In this document: piece by piece, positions 9,944 to 19,825 of the stretch
How positions within the stretch are numbered: the stretch's first letter is position 1
Layout: each line of letters starts with the position of its first letter
Assembly (NCBI GenBank): GCA_963709585.1
Contig: CAVPXI010000018.1
Coordinates: 1 to 64,000 of the forward strand
DNA length: 64,000 nucleotides
Reading direction: 5' to 3'
Origin: Candidatus Dormiibacterota bacterium
Lineage (GTDB): Bacteria; Chloroflexota; Dormibacteria; Aeolococcales; Aeolococcaceae
Translations under genes and position numbers: made by a program
The notes under the pieces: model-generated
The model's database searches: none
What the model was told of the DNA's origin: nothing
What the model saw: only the letters and a program-made list of their open reading frames with translations

Positions 9944-12573
9944 GCAGCGTGCGCGTCCCTTTGGCGGTCGACGCCCAGTTGCGTGTGCCATTCGGCCCGA
10001 TCCTGATGCCGCTTCGCGCACTGGTGCTCTTGACAGCGGCCGCACCGATGGCTCTGGCATGCCTGAGCCTCGGCGCGCTGTCTGTCGGTTCTCGCCTCGG
10101 ACTCGCAATCGCGGTGATGATGCTCGGGTTCACGGTCGCGGCGCCCATGCGTGAAGGCATCTGGATCGGGACATGGTGTCTCTATCGCCTGAGTTGTCGT
10201 CTCTTGACCACGGCTGTTCTCGACGGTGAGCGGCGCCGCGCGCGCGTTCAGTCCGCGGGAGGCGCGATGCAGGTGTCGAGAATTCGACGTGAGATCGCCT
10301 GGCGGTCACCGGTGCGAGCGCTCCGCCATTTGACCGGCTTGCCAACGTTGAGCGGTGCGGATGCAGGAGTCGTCCGCTTCAATCCCGGCGGTGCTCGCGG
10401 GATCATCATGCTCGAGGGCCCTGGGGGATCTCCGGCGAGCGAGGAACATGCCCGTTGGTGCTCGACCGTGATGCAGTGGCTCCTGGCTCTGGACTGCCCA
10501 GCGCAGCTGGTCAGTGTCGTCAGCAACTTCGATAGTCACCGTGCTCAAGGCGCCTTCGATGAGCGGGTCAAGGGTTGGCCGGCTACTCGACTCGCGGAGC
10601 TCGAGCGCGATCTGGCCGGCAAGGTGGCCGAGCAGAGCCTCGGACTCCGTCATTTCGTGGTGCTCTCGCCAGGACTCGCAGCCGCCGACGGAATCCCATG
10701 GCTCAGCCGCGCGACGCGCCTGCCGCGAGCTTTTGAGGCCAGCGATGAAGACGCGAGACGAGCTCTCCTCTCAGCGTTGCGGACGGCGCCAGGCCTAGGG
10801 GTGGCAGCAACGACCGCGGACCGTGATGACATCGCCGATCTCCTCGTCGATACCGTTGTCGGTGCGACGAGTGCTGCGGTCAGCGGTGCGGGAGTTGTGC
10901 GGATCGGGGACGAATTCCAGATCGCCCTCACTGTGACTCGCCTCCCTCCCACGGTTCATTCTGGTTCCGTTGTTGACGCCCTCGTCCGCAGCCGCGCAAA
11001 AGGCTACGCGAGCCTTCACGTGCTTCCGGTCGATGCGAAGGTTGCGCGCGCAGTGCTCGATCGCCGCGCGGCGATGCAGCGGTACACCGCCCGCGAAGGG
11101 AACGATGGCATCGACAATCAAGTTGCGCTCGCCGACACGACGGCGGCCCTCGCGGCGATCGCTCAGCGTCAACTCATTCCGTGCCGGATTGCGTTGGGCT
11201 TTGCGGTGCGAGACTCGGTTCTGTCCAAAGCAGCAGAAACGGCAGAACGGCTCGACGGCCTTCTCCGAGGCCAGGGATTTGACATCGTCCAGCCGACGTC
11301 GCCAGGCCTGCTGCCGTCCTTGGCGGTCACACCGGGAGGTTCACCGCTCGGACGCAGTCTTCAGCTGACGTCCGACGCGGTCGCCGCTTGCCTGATCCCA
11401 GCTCTGGGCACGCCGTTCTCGGATCAGCGACAGCCGCTCATAGGCATCAACCAGCTCACCGGAGCGCCGGCATACCTCTCCATCTGGAGTAGGCCAAACC
11501 ACAACGCGGTGGTCGTCGGAAGCTCCGGATCGGGCAAGAGTATGGCTGCGAAAACGCTGCTTGTTCGGCATGTGATGGAGGGTGCCTCTGCTGTGGTCAT
11601 CGATCCTGACTCGGAGTACCGACGGGTCATGAACGCGATCGGAGGACTCCATTTCGAGCTCGGTGAGGACTCGCTAAACCCGCTGGCCCCTGGCTGCGAT
11701 GTGCCGCCCGACGTGGCGGCGAGCCTCCTGCTCCCGGTACTCAGCGTCATGGCTGGTGACGAGAAGGGAGTCAAGGACGGGCGGCCGATTCGGCGGTTGC
11801 CCGACGAGGATCAAGGGTGGATCCATGGCGAGATCGCCTCCTTCTTTCGCGAGTGGGGTCGAGAGCGACCCGGTGCCGAACCGGTCATTCACGACCTCGT
11901 TGCGTTCATCGAGTCAACCTCCGCGGTGCAAGCGCTGACGCGGCGTGAAAAGGAGCGGTGCAGGATCATCACGGCGCGCCTGCGACGGTTCACTCAAGGT
12001 GATCGAGCCCAGATTTTCGATCGGCCATCCACATTTCGCGTCGGCGCCCGACCGGTCTCAATCGGTCTTCGGAACTTCGCGTTGACCTACGCGGCCGATC
12101 TGACGCCTGCTCTCGCGGTCGTGTTGACTGCTGTTCTTGCCGCTCTTGGCCGAGATCATGGACGACTGATCGTTGTCGTCGACGAAGCCCACCGCGTCAC
12201 CATCGATCCGGACGCGGGCGAGGTGCTCGGTCAGCTCGTCCGGCAGGCTCGCAAGCACGGTGCGGGCGTCTGGATGTGTTCGCAGCAGGTTCGCGACTTC
12301 GTAGGCACCGAACTGGGCAGAACGCTCGTTGCAACCGCGGCAACAAAAGTGATCCTCGGGGTCGAAGAGGCCGCGCTCGCCGACGTTCGCGACGTCTTTG
12401 GCCTGGGCGACGATGAGATTGCGGCAATCAACCCACCGGTTCAAGGACGTGCCGTGCTGCTGTCCGGTGGAGAGCGAACCGTTGTGGCGATCGTGCCTGG
12501 ACCGGCTTTGCTTGCGCTTGCGCAATCGTCGCCCGAACCGAGGTCTCTGCCAGTCGCCGCGTTCGCGGGCTGA
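9940..12573 (+). CDS. virB4: VirB4-like ATPase with N-terminal PrgI/VirB3-like membrane segment
   Basis: Walker A GSSGSGKS, VIDPDSEY, Walker B VVVDEAH, RQARKHG, SQQ; N-terminal VPLAVD...FG plus two TMs. Confidence 0.88.
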   Translation: MSSVRVPLAVDAQLRVPFGPILMPLRALVLLTAAAPMALACLSLGALSVGSRLGLAIAVMMLGFTVAAPMREGIWIGTWCLYRLSCRLLTTAVLDGERRRARVQSAGGAMQVSRIRREIAWRSPVRALRHLTGLPTLSGADAGVVRFNPGGARGIIMLEGPGGSPASEEHARWCSTVMQWLLALDCPAQLVSVVSNFDSHRAQGAFDERVKGWPATRLAELERDLAGKVAEQSLGLRHFVVLSPGLAAADGIPWLSRATRLPRAFEASDEDARRALLSALRTAPGLGVAATTADRDDIADLLVDTVVGATSAAVSGAGVVRIGDEFQIALTVTRLPPTVHSGSVVDALVRSRAKGYASLHVLPVDAKVARAVLDRRAAMQRYTAREGNDGIDNQVALADTTAALAAIAQRQLIPCRIALGFAVRDSVLSKAAETAERLDGLLRGQGFDIVQPTSPGLLPSLAVTPGGSPLGRSLQLTSDAVAACLIPALGTPFSDQRQPLIGINQLTGAPAYLSIWSRPNHNAVVVGSSGSGKSMAAKTLLVRHVMEGASAVVIDPDSEYRRVMNAIGGLHFELGEDSLNPLAPGCDVPPDVAASLLLPVLSVMAGDEKGVKDGRPIRRLPDEDQGWIHGEIASFFREWGRERPGAEPVIHDLVAFIESTSAVQALTRREKERCRIITARLRRFTQGDRAQIFDRPSTFRVGARPVSIGLRNFALTYAADLTPALAVVLTAVLAALGRDHGRLIVVVDEAHRVTIDPDAGEVLGQLVRQARKHGAGVWMCSQQVRDFVGTELGRTLVATAATKVILGVEEAALADVRDVFGLGDDEIAAINPPVQGRAVLLSGGERTVVAIVPGPALLALAQSSPEPRSLPVAAFAG

Positions 12574-12576
12574 AGG

Positions 12577-13326
12577 GTGGCGCTCCCCGCCGCAATCGGC
12601 GCTGCACTTTCGAGGGTTCGTTCCGCAGCGGCGCTGACTTCGGCTGTCGGCGGTGGGTCCTCGCGGCGCACAGGACGGCGTTTCGGGGCGTACTGCCTCG
12701 TGCCCTGCATCGGTTGCGGTGCATGTTCCGTGGTCGCAGGTATCGTCGCTCTGTCCGTCGGGAGCGGGCTTGTCGCCGCCACGGCGTCGCTGATTGGTGT
12801 CGGAAGTGGCCCGCCCTGCCAGGCAGAGACGGTGAGTTCCTGCGCCGCGCTGAGCGGGTTTGTCGTCGGTGCCCCGATGAACTGCCCGAACATGTACGTC
12901 AGCCAGGGATTCGGGGACACCCCGTGGGAGCACCCACATAGCGGTATCGACATCGTGTGCCCGCCCGCAACCATGGTGGTCGCGGTCGCGGATGGAGTTT
13001 TTCATCAAGCGCTGGGGCCGCCCATCGCCTGCCGGTACCCGCCGGGGCGGACCGGCGGCCTCGGCACGTACGGCGTCCTCGATGCCGGCGGCAGGACATA
13101 CCTCTACGGTCACCTCGAGGCGTTCGCCGCGCCCGACGGAGCGCATGTGATCATCGGGCAGCCAATCGGCTTCGAGGGGGCCACCGGATGCGCAACCGGC
13201 GATCACCTTCACTTCGAAGTTCTCGAGCGCGGCCGGCCGGTCGACCCATGCCCGGCCCTGCCAGCCGGATACCCCGATCCGCATGATCGGAGCGGGTTGC
13301 GGTGCTGGGGCTCCGCCCCGCCGTGA
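12577..13326 (+). CDS. Membrane-anchored M23 metallopeptidase (cell-wall hydrolase)
   Basis: HSGID, YGHL and HLHFEV zinc motifs; one TM. Confidence 0.88.
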   Translation: MALPAAIGAALSRVRSAAALTSAVGGGSSRRTGRRFGAYCLVPCIGCGACSVVAGIVALSVGSGLVAATASLIGVGSGPPCQAETVSSCAALSGFVVGAPMNCPNMYVSQGFGDTPWEHPHSGIDIVCPPATMVVAVADGVFHQALGPPIACRYPPGRTGGLGTYGVLDAGGRTYLYGHLEAFAAPDGAHVIIGQPIGFEGATGCATGDHLHFEVLERGRPVDPCPALPAGYPDPHDRSGLRCWGSAPP

Positions 13327-13410
13327 TCGTGCAATCACCCACCCACCCCCGAGTGTCCTATGCTCATCCCTGCCTGGCGGCGGGGCGATTCTCAGGGAGG
13401 GGTGCATCGC

Positions 13411-14046
13411 ATGAGTTGTAGAAGGCTGGCTGCTGCCATGTTCTTCAGCGCGGTTATTGTCGTCGTACTCGGGCTGATCGTATACACAGAGCAGACGAAC
13501 GCGACTCAGACCACGGCGGTGTGGATCGTTACGCATGATGTCGCCGCGGGAGCAGCCTTCGCCGCCGACGATGTCCAGCTCGTTCAGGTTCGTGCGGGAT
13601 CTGGTGACTTCAACTACGAGGTGGCCGGCCCAGCGACGTTTCATGCGCTCTTCGCACGAAACCTCCTAGTCAACGACATCTTGAGAAGCGACGATCTTGT
13701 CCCAGTGACGGCCGAGTCAGAAGTTGCGATCACCCTCGAAGCCGCCCCGCCCCTGACCGCGGGCGAGAACATCGACGTGTTCGCAGCTCTCTCGGGTAAC
13801 GAGCAGGTTCTCATCGGGCATGACCTGATCGTCAACACCGTATCCGGGGGATCCGTAACGGTGCTTGTTCCAGTGGCCGACGAAGCATCGTGGATCACGG
13901 TCGGGGCGTCAAACGTTGCGTTACATGCGGCACTCACCGTGCCTGGCGCACAGGTGGCGGCATCACCGCTCAGCGCCGATGCCGCGATACATATCCTCTG
14001 TGGGAGTGCGTGCGGGGGGCTCTCGGGAAGCGCGACAACACCGTGA
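13411..14046 (+). CDS. SAF-domain CpaB/RcpC-like pilus assembly protein
   Basis: GGGAGG RBS, one TM, VWIVTHDVAAGAAFAADDV SAF pattern, GENIDV. Confidence 0.72.
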   Translation: MSCRRLAAAMFFSAVIVVVLGLIVYTEQTNATQTTAVWIVTHDVAAGAAFAADDVQLVQVRAGSGDFNYEVAGPATFHALFARNLLVNDILRSDDLVPVTAESEVAITLEAAPPLTAGENIDVFAALSGNEQVLIGHDLIVNTVSGGSVTVLVPVADEASWITVGASNVALHAALTVPGAQVAASPLSADAAIHILCGSACGGLSGSATTP

Positions 14047-14750
14047 CGTTGCTCCTGGGTGTCTGTACCACCCGTTCCGGGCAGACCTCCACATCGTGGG
14101 CAACCAGCTTGGCCTGGTCGCTCGCGGCACGCCGCTCCGTGATGCTCATCGATTGCGATATGGAGGGTGGCACCATCGCGGATCTGCTCTATCTCCGACT
14201 GGATGACCGAGGCCTTGCCAACTGTTTCGGCGATCGAGCGGTGACGGCGACCGTGCTGGCTGCCCAGTCAATCCCCGTGCCAGACCGGCCGGGATTGCGA
14301 GTGATCCCGGGGCTGCGCAGCACCTATGGCCTGGAGATCGGCGATTGTCTTCGTTCGATTGCGCCGGCACTCGACGCTCTTGCCTGTGACACCGTCGTCG
14401 TTGATCTCGGGCATCCATGGGCGCACCCAAGCCTCCGCTCCCCGCGGGCCGCTGCAGACGCGGTCTGTGCAGTCTTCGATCGCGTCTTCATCGTGATTCG
14501 CGACGATCCGGCGTTGCTGTCGAGAAGCATCCACGTCCTCCGCACCGCGCGCCCTCCGCATGGCGAATTGGTGGTGTGTGAGCAGCGAGGAGCTACCCAC
14601 CGGCGGGTCATGGTCGAGAGCCTTGAACGCGAACTCCCCGATCTCCCAATCCGGCGAGGGTGGGTCTGGGACGAGCGACGCGCCGCTCGGGTCGCCGACA
14701 CGGGTCGTCCGACGATCCTCTCCGGCGTCGAAGCGGAGTTGCATCTGTGA
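14043..14750 (+). CDS. TadZ/CpaE-like MinD-family protein with degenerate P-loop
   Basis: TRSGQTSTSWATSLA, VMLIDCDMEGG, VVVDLG; lies between CpaB and TadA; GTGA coupling. Confidence 0.68.
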   Translation: MTLLLGVCTTRSGQTSTSWATSLAWSLAARRSVMLIDCDMEGGTIADLLYLRLDDRGLANCFGDRAVTATVLAAQSIPVPDRPGLRVIPGLRSTYGLEIGDCLRSIAPALDALACDTVVVDLGHPWAHPSLRSPRAAADAVCAVFDRVFIVIRDDPALLSRSIHVLRTARPPHGELVVCEQRGATHRRVMVESLERELPDLPIRRGWVWDERRAARVADTGRPTILSGVEAELHL

Positions 14751-16147
14751 CCTCCATTGCCGTTGGCGTGCCTGCCATATCCGGCGGTCACCGCTCCCCC
14801 GTACAGGTCAGCCGGTGGCCTCACATTCCGACTGAGGAGCGCGAGGTAGCGGAGATCATTGCCGCTTCGGTGCAACGATCGAGAAAGGGGGAACCGGCTT
14901 CGGTCCTGCACGAAGAGCGCTTGGGTGAGGACGTTGCTAGAGCCATTGACCAGGCTATCGAGTTGCCGCAGACCAGCGGGCTGCCGCTCTCGGTGGTCGC
15001 TGAGCTTGCTCGCAATCCGCGTTACCGGGCGACGACCCAACGAAACGCGATCATTCTTGGATCGCATCTCTATCCGCTGTCGCTACTGATCTACGGAGCG
15101 GAGCTCGAGAACATCACCTGTCTCGGCCACGACCACTGGCTGGTGAGCACGGTAGGCCGGAAGCTCTCACTCATGGGGGACAGCCCATTCTCGAGCGACG
15201 AAGACGTCCTCGAGTTCTTTCGGGGCGTCGTGCGCATGCGTGGGGTGACCGGTGATCAGTCGATCACGGACGCGTCGCCGATCGCAGAGGCGAACGTCGG
15301 CAGTGTGATTCGACTCTGCGTCGCGAAACGACCCGCGGTATCCGGGCGTTCCGATGTAAAAGCGGCCATCAGAGTGCCTGCACGCTCGAAGGTCCGCGAT
15401 CTCGGCGACTACGTGTCGCAGATGATCATCCCACCCGGGGTTGCAGCATTCGTGGAAGCGTGCGTGCGCGGTCGCGCCAATTTGATGATCGCCGGGGGTA
15501 CGTCCACCGGAAAGACGACTCTGGTGCGTGTTCTCGCGGGGATGGTCCCCGAGGATGAGCACATCGTGGTGGTTGAGGACGGAGCCGAACTACACCTCGA
15601 CCAGGACCGCGGCGATGGACGGCAGTGGCACGCGCTCACTACCGCTGTGTCGACCATCCCGTCGATTCGAGCAGACGCCGACGCACAGCATCTCACTATG
15701 TTCGATCTCGTACGGCACGCGCTCCGGTTTCAACCCGACCGGCTCATCCTCGGTGAATCCCGAGGTGAGGAGATGGCCGCGGTGTGCAAAGCACTGATGA
15801 CAGGCCACGACGGCTCGATGACGACGATCCATGCCGAGGATGCCGAGCTCGCCATCGAACAAGCAATGCAGTACGTTATGGAGAACGCCCGTTTCGCGGG
15901 AAACGAGAGACTGGCGCGGCGGATCGTGGAACAGGCGGTCCACGTGGTGGTGCACATAGCCAACCAGGACGGACGTCGACGCATCACCGGTGTCGTTGCA
16001 GTCGAGCGCGGGGGGAATCACAAGTGGGTATACCGCCAAGGGGATAGCGGAGGCCTCGTTCGGGGAACGGACCTTATCGGCAACCTGGGTCGCCTTGCAC
16101 CCCGAATCCGCGCCTTCCTCCCCAGCGACGAGGTCCCCGAGCCATGA
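14747..16147 (+). CDS. cpaF: TadA/CpaF (VirB11-family) secretion ATPase
   Basis: GGTSTGKTT, EDGAEL, LRFQPDRLILGESRG, GHDGSMTTIHA. Confidence 0.92.
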   Translation: MTSIAVGVPAISGGHRSPVQVSRWPHIPTEEREVAEIIAASVQRSRKGEPASVLHEERLGEDVARAIDQAIELPQTSGLPLSVVAELARNPRYRATTQRNAIILGSHLYPLSLLIYGAELENITCLGHDHWLVSTVGRKLSLMGDSPFSSDEDVLEFFRGVVRMRGVTGDQSITDASPIAEANVGSVIRLCVAKRPAVSGRSDVKAAIRVPARSKVRDLGDYVSQMIIPPGVAAFVEACVRGRANLMIAGGTSTGKTTLVRVLAGMVPEDEHIVVVEDGAELHLDQDRGDGRQWHALTTAVSTIPSIRADADAQHLTMFDLVRHALRFQPDRLILGESRGEEMAAVCKALMTGHDGSMTTIHAEDAELAIEQAMQYVMENARFAGNERLARRIVEQAVHVVVHIANQDGRRRITGVVAVERGGNHKWVYRQGDSGGLVRGTDLIGNLGRLAPRIRAFLPSDEVPEP

Positions 16148-17064
16148 CGCTCGGCAGCCAGCTTCCCGAGCCGGTGATCCTCGTTGCCGGGGTCGCGGCG
16201 ATCGTCGCGTGCGGGGGTGCCGGGATCGCCGCCATTCTCGGGGTTCAGCCACTGGCGAGGAGCTCGCGACACCGCACCATTCCTTTGCTCGAACACGAAA
16301 AGGACGTGGCCGCAGCGCTGGGATGGCCTTGGCGCCGCTGGGTCGCGCTGCGTGCCGGCGTGACGATGGCGGGGGTTGTCGTCGGATTCACAACGCAGAT
16401 CTGGTTCCTGAGCTTCCTCCTTGGCGCCATCGGGTTCTTCGGTGTCCGATTCCTCGTGGCTGGTCGTGCTGCGCGGAGGCGGCTGAGCATGGAGCGCGCC
16501 TTTCTCGTCCAGCTTCGAGCCCTACGCGATCGTATGGCGGTCGGCAATCAGTCACTGGACTCCGCCCTCCAGGAGATCGGGCGCAATCCCGGTCGTGAGC
16601 TGACCTACGTGCTGGAACCCTGGGCGCGGGGCGGTTCGGTCACGGGGAACATCGTCCGGAGCGGTCTACGCTCCCGTTCGCCTCTCGTGGAGCATGCCTG
16701 CGCTGTCCTGATCTGGGCGAGAACGCGCAGCCTCGACGGCCTCATATCCGCGATCGATGATGTGCTGCTCCCTGTTGGCGAGGCGCAACTTCAGGTCGAA
16801 GAGGAGTTGCTGGTCACCCTGACCCAGCAGCGAGCGGTCACGTTCGCCATGTCGGCGCTCATGACAGTCATGTTCGTGAGTCTCGTGCGCGTGGCCAGCT
16901 TCCGGGCGTACTACGCCACGTTCGCAGGCACCGTTGTCCTCCTCGTCGCCATCGCGATGTTCTTCGGCTTGATCGCAATGCTTGGGCGCATCGCCCGAAC
17001 CGCGCGCTGGACCCGCTGGGATCTCCATCAGGTCCAGGACCAGGAGTTGCATCCCCATGGCTGA
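16144..17064 (+). CDS. TadB-like T2SSF platform protein
   Basis: TMs, LRDRMAVGNQSLDSAL T2SSF-like segment; follows TadA with ATGA overlap. Confidence 0.75.
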   Translation: MTLGSQLPEPVILVAGVAAIVACGGAGIAAILGVQPLARSSRHRTIPLLEHEKDVAAALGWPWRRWVALRAGVTMAGVVVGFTTQIWFLSFLLGAIGFFGVRFLVAGRAARRRLSMERAFLVQLRALRDRMAVGNQSLDSALQEIGRNPGRELTYVLEPWARGGSVTGNIVRSGLRSRSPLVEHACAVLIWARTRSLDGLISAIDDVLLPVGEAQLQVEEELLVTLTQQRAVTFAMSALMTVMFVSLVRVASFRAYYATFAGTVVLLVAIAMFFGLIAMLGRIARTARWTRWDLHQVQDQELHPHG

Positions 17065-17953
17065 CGCCGTACCCTACGCCGCCGTTGCGATGCTCGCCAT
17101 TGGAGCATGGATCGGTGGGGTCGCCGTCCTGGATGTGTTCACGGCCGCTGACGCACGCGCCTGGCGACGCATGACCCAACTCCGGGGCTTCGCAACCCGC
17201 GGGTCGGCATTCGAAAGAGTTGCGCGTCGAGCTCCGATGCTGCAGCGTTTGCAGGCTGAACTCGACCTCGAGCGTCTCCTCGGTCAGGCGAACAGCGTCG
17301 ATACGCCAGCGAGCTTCCTCGCTCGAACCGGTGCGATCTCGTTGACGACCTTTGCGCTTCTGCTCGGTGTCACGGCTGGTGCCAGGGCATTGGAGGGCGA
17401 TTGGCCAGTTGCGCCGTGGGCGGCTGTGCTGATCGCGGTTCTGATTCTCCCGCTTGCGCTCGTCGATCTTCGTCGGCGCGCAAGTGGAGCACGCGAGTCG
17501 TCGGCCCGAACTCTCGGGGACATGCTCATGGCGGTCGCTGTCATGACCGACAGTCGTGGGCTGCAACTCGATGACGCGGTGAAGGTCATGTCACGCTGCG
17601 CGCGGGATGCTGCTCTGCAAAATCTCCTGGATCGAGGTGGGTTCAAGAGGCTGGTGGAGAGCTCATATCGCTCGACGGCGGAGAAGTATCGGCTCATCGG
17701 TGACGCGTATCGGATTCAAGAATTCCTCGACGTTGCCGACGCCGCGGCGACCACCAATGTTGGAGTCCCGGATCGAGTTGCCTATACACGCCTCGCTCTG
17801 ACGGTTTATCACGAGCGTCTCGCGGACGCCCGTGTGCGGGCAGCGCGGGCGAGAATTCTGATCACACTGCCTATAGCCGGCATGCTCATCCCGTTGCTGC
17901 TCTTGATCGGGGCTCCAACATTCCACGCAATATCCGCGGGGTTGGGAGGCTAG
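17057..17953 (+). CDS. TadC-like T2SSF platform protein
   Basis: C-terminal RAARARILITLPIAGMLIPLLLLIGAP typical of TadC. Confidence 0.75.
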   Translation: MADAVPYAAVAMLAIGAWIGGVAVLDVFTAADARAWRRMTQLRGFATRGSAFERVARRAPMLQRLQAELDLERLLGQANSVDTPASFLARTGAISLTTFALLLGVTAGARALEGDWPVAPWAAVLIAVLILPLALVDLRRRASGARESSARTLGDMLMAVAVMTDSRGLQLDDAVKVMSRCARDAALQNLLDRGGFKRLVESSYRSTAEKYRLIGDAYRIQEFLDVADAAATTNVGVPDRVAYTRLALTVYHERLADARVRAARARILITLPIAGMLIPLLLLIGAPTFHAISAGLGG

Positions 17954-17961
17954 CGGACATC

Positions 17962-18342
17962 GTGCGCAGAGCCACCCCTGCCCTCGGCCTTATCGTGGCG
18001 ATGCTCGCCTCGGCGTGGTTTGTGCTGCGCGCGCCCGATGTCGCCCAGGCATACGTCTTCTTCACAGCAGGAATACCCAGCCTCGCCGCGGGGGAAGCGG
18101 TGATGACGTTGCTTGCGTGGCTGGTTGTCATAGTCGCCGCGAGCGCGACGTTCATGGGCGTCTTCCGAGGGAGCTGGGCGTCGCGGGTTCGCGCACATTC
18201 CACCTCGTATGCGTCCCTGTTTCTCGTCGTCGGGCTGCTGCTTCTCGCGGTTGGTGCAGTTCAGCGAGCGCTGCCCGCGGCATCGATGTGCTGCGGGTCG
18301 GGTCCGGCGAATATTCGCGAGGCGATACAACTTGCGCACTGA
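17962..18342 (+). CDS. Small 3-TM hypothetical protein
   Basis: Hydrophobic segments, C-terminal MCCGSG; lies within the operon. Confidence 0.6.
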   Translation: MRRATPALGLIVAMLASAWFVLRAPDVAQAYVFFTAGIPSLAAGEAVMTLLAWLVVIVAASATFMGVFRGSWASRVRAHSTSYASLFLVVGLLLLAVGAVQRALPAASMCCGSGPANIREAIQLAH

Positions 18343-19825
18343 TCAGACGGCTTCGCGCGCGATTGTCGTGCTTCTTGAAGATGACGAGAGTGCCGACGCA
18401 GTTGCGCGGACGCTTGATGATCTGTCGTCGGATGGCGGCCGCGTGATCACCTTGCTGCCACCCACGCGTGGCATCGGATTCTTTTCGGACGGCCCCGAGC
18501 AACGGCAACTCGACGCGTGGTGGGACGCGCAGATTCCGCGCGACGCGCATGTCAGCTTCGTTCTCGACGACCGGGAAGGGTTGGCGGAGTGGCTGATCGG
18601 AATCGATGGGTCATGTTATGTCGGGGTTACCTCGACGCCGCGGCTTGCCGCCTACGACCACCGACCTGGTGTGCGCGTTCTCATGGCTCGATCTCCACTG
18701 GACTACGTCGCCGCCGTCATGAGTGACCTTGTACACGAGGGAACCTACGATGAGGTCGAAGCAAGCCGGATGCGCTCGCTGGCTGCAGCCTTCACCCAGG
18801 AATCCGTCTCGATCTCTGCGGACGCATCTGGCGACGGAGAGACCGAACCGGGCCCGGATCCGTTCGACCTGCTCATCGCAATGAGCCTTGACCAGGCAGA
18901 CGCGGCGGCAGCAACCATGAGACACGTACCTGCACCGAGGAATGAGCCACAGGCGTCAGCGAATCGTGGATTTCGTCTACCAGGTTGGGCGCGCCGAGCG
19001 GGGCCCCGGCGAACGCCGAACGACATATCGAACACGAACTTGGCCAATCTGCTCGTCATGCGGGGGTCGACCATCGTTGCCGTCGGATCTCGCAAAGGCG
19101 GCGTGGGCAAGACAAGTCACGCGGCAGGCGTTGCCATCGTGGCGGGAACCGCGCTGGATGCCGTCGGCCGCTGCGCTGCCATCGTGGACGCGAACGTGGC
19201 CAATCCCGATGCGTGGGGACAACTCAATCTCCCGCCCGGCGCTGCGACGGTGCGCGACATGGTCGTCGCGCTGGCCGCTGACCGGGAGCTTCCCAGACCT
19301 GTGCACGCGTCGACCCCGGCTTTGGCCTGCTATCCGGAGGCACGCGAGACCTCCGAGTACTCGCGAACCGAGATCGGATTGATGGCCGCTCATCTCCGCT
19401 CGCGCTATCCGCTGGTAATCGTCGATATGAGCAACCGGCTGCCGGATCCTACGGCTGGTCCCGCCGCTGCCGCAGCCGCCTACTGGCTGGAGCACGCCGA
19501 CGTTCTGGTGCTCCCGAGCGCCGCGTCGAAACAGGACTTCAACGGCGTGCTCGACTACCTCGACGTGCGTGACCTGCCGCCCGTAATTGTCGCGTCGCTG
19601 GTTGCGCGGACGCGGCGCAATCGCGAGCACCCGTTGGCCAAACGCTACATGACCGCGATTGCGCATCGGGTCTACCGAGTTGTGGACATTCCAGATGATG
19701 CGGAACGGGTCCGGTATGCAGGGATGCAGGGAGTCCCGGTCGAGGTCGTGTCAGCTCCTCTTCGAGCGGCGTATCGAGAACTGGCTGAGGCGATAGTGCC
19801 CGCTCCGCAGGCGGTCGCACCTTGA
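18332..19825 (+). CDS. MinD/ParA-family ATPase with extended N-terminal domain
   Basis: Deviant Walker A GSRKGGVGKTS, IVDAN, VIVDMS; TTG start inferred. Confidence 0.8.
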   Translation: MRTDQTASRAIVVLLEDDESADAVARTLDDLSSDGGRVITLLPPTRGIGFFSDGPEQRQLDAWWDAQIPRDAHVSFVLDDREGLAEWLIGIDGSCYVGVTSTPRLAAYDHRPGVRVLMARSPLDYVAAVMSDLVHEGTYDEVEASRMRSLAAAFTQESVSISADASGDGETEPGPDPFDLLIAMSLDQADAAAATMRHVPAPRNEPQASANRGFRLPGWARRAGPRRTPNDISNTNLANLLVMRGSTIVAVGSRKGGVGKTSHAAGVAIVAGTALDAVGRCAAIVDANVANPDAWGQLNLPPGAATVRDMVVALAADRELPRPVHASTPALACYPEARETSEYSRTEIGLMAAHLRSRYPLVIVDMSNRLPDPTAGPAAAAAAYWLEHADVLVLPSAASKQDFNGVLDYLDVRDLPPVIVASLVARTRRNREHPLAKRYMTAIAHRVYRVVDIPDDAERVRYAGMQGVPVEVVSAPLRAAYRELAEAIVPAPQAVAP

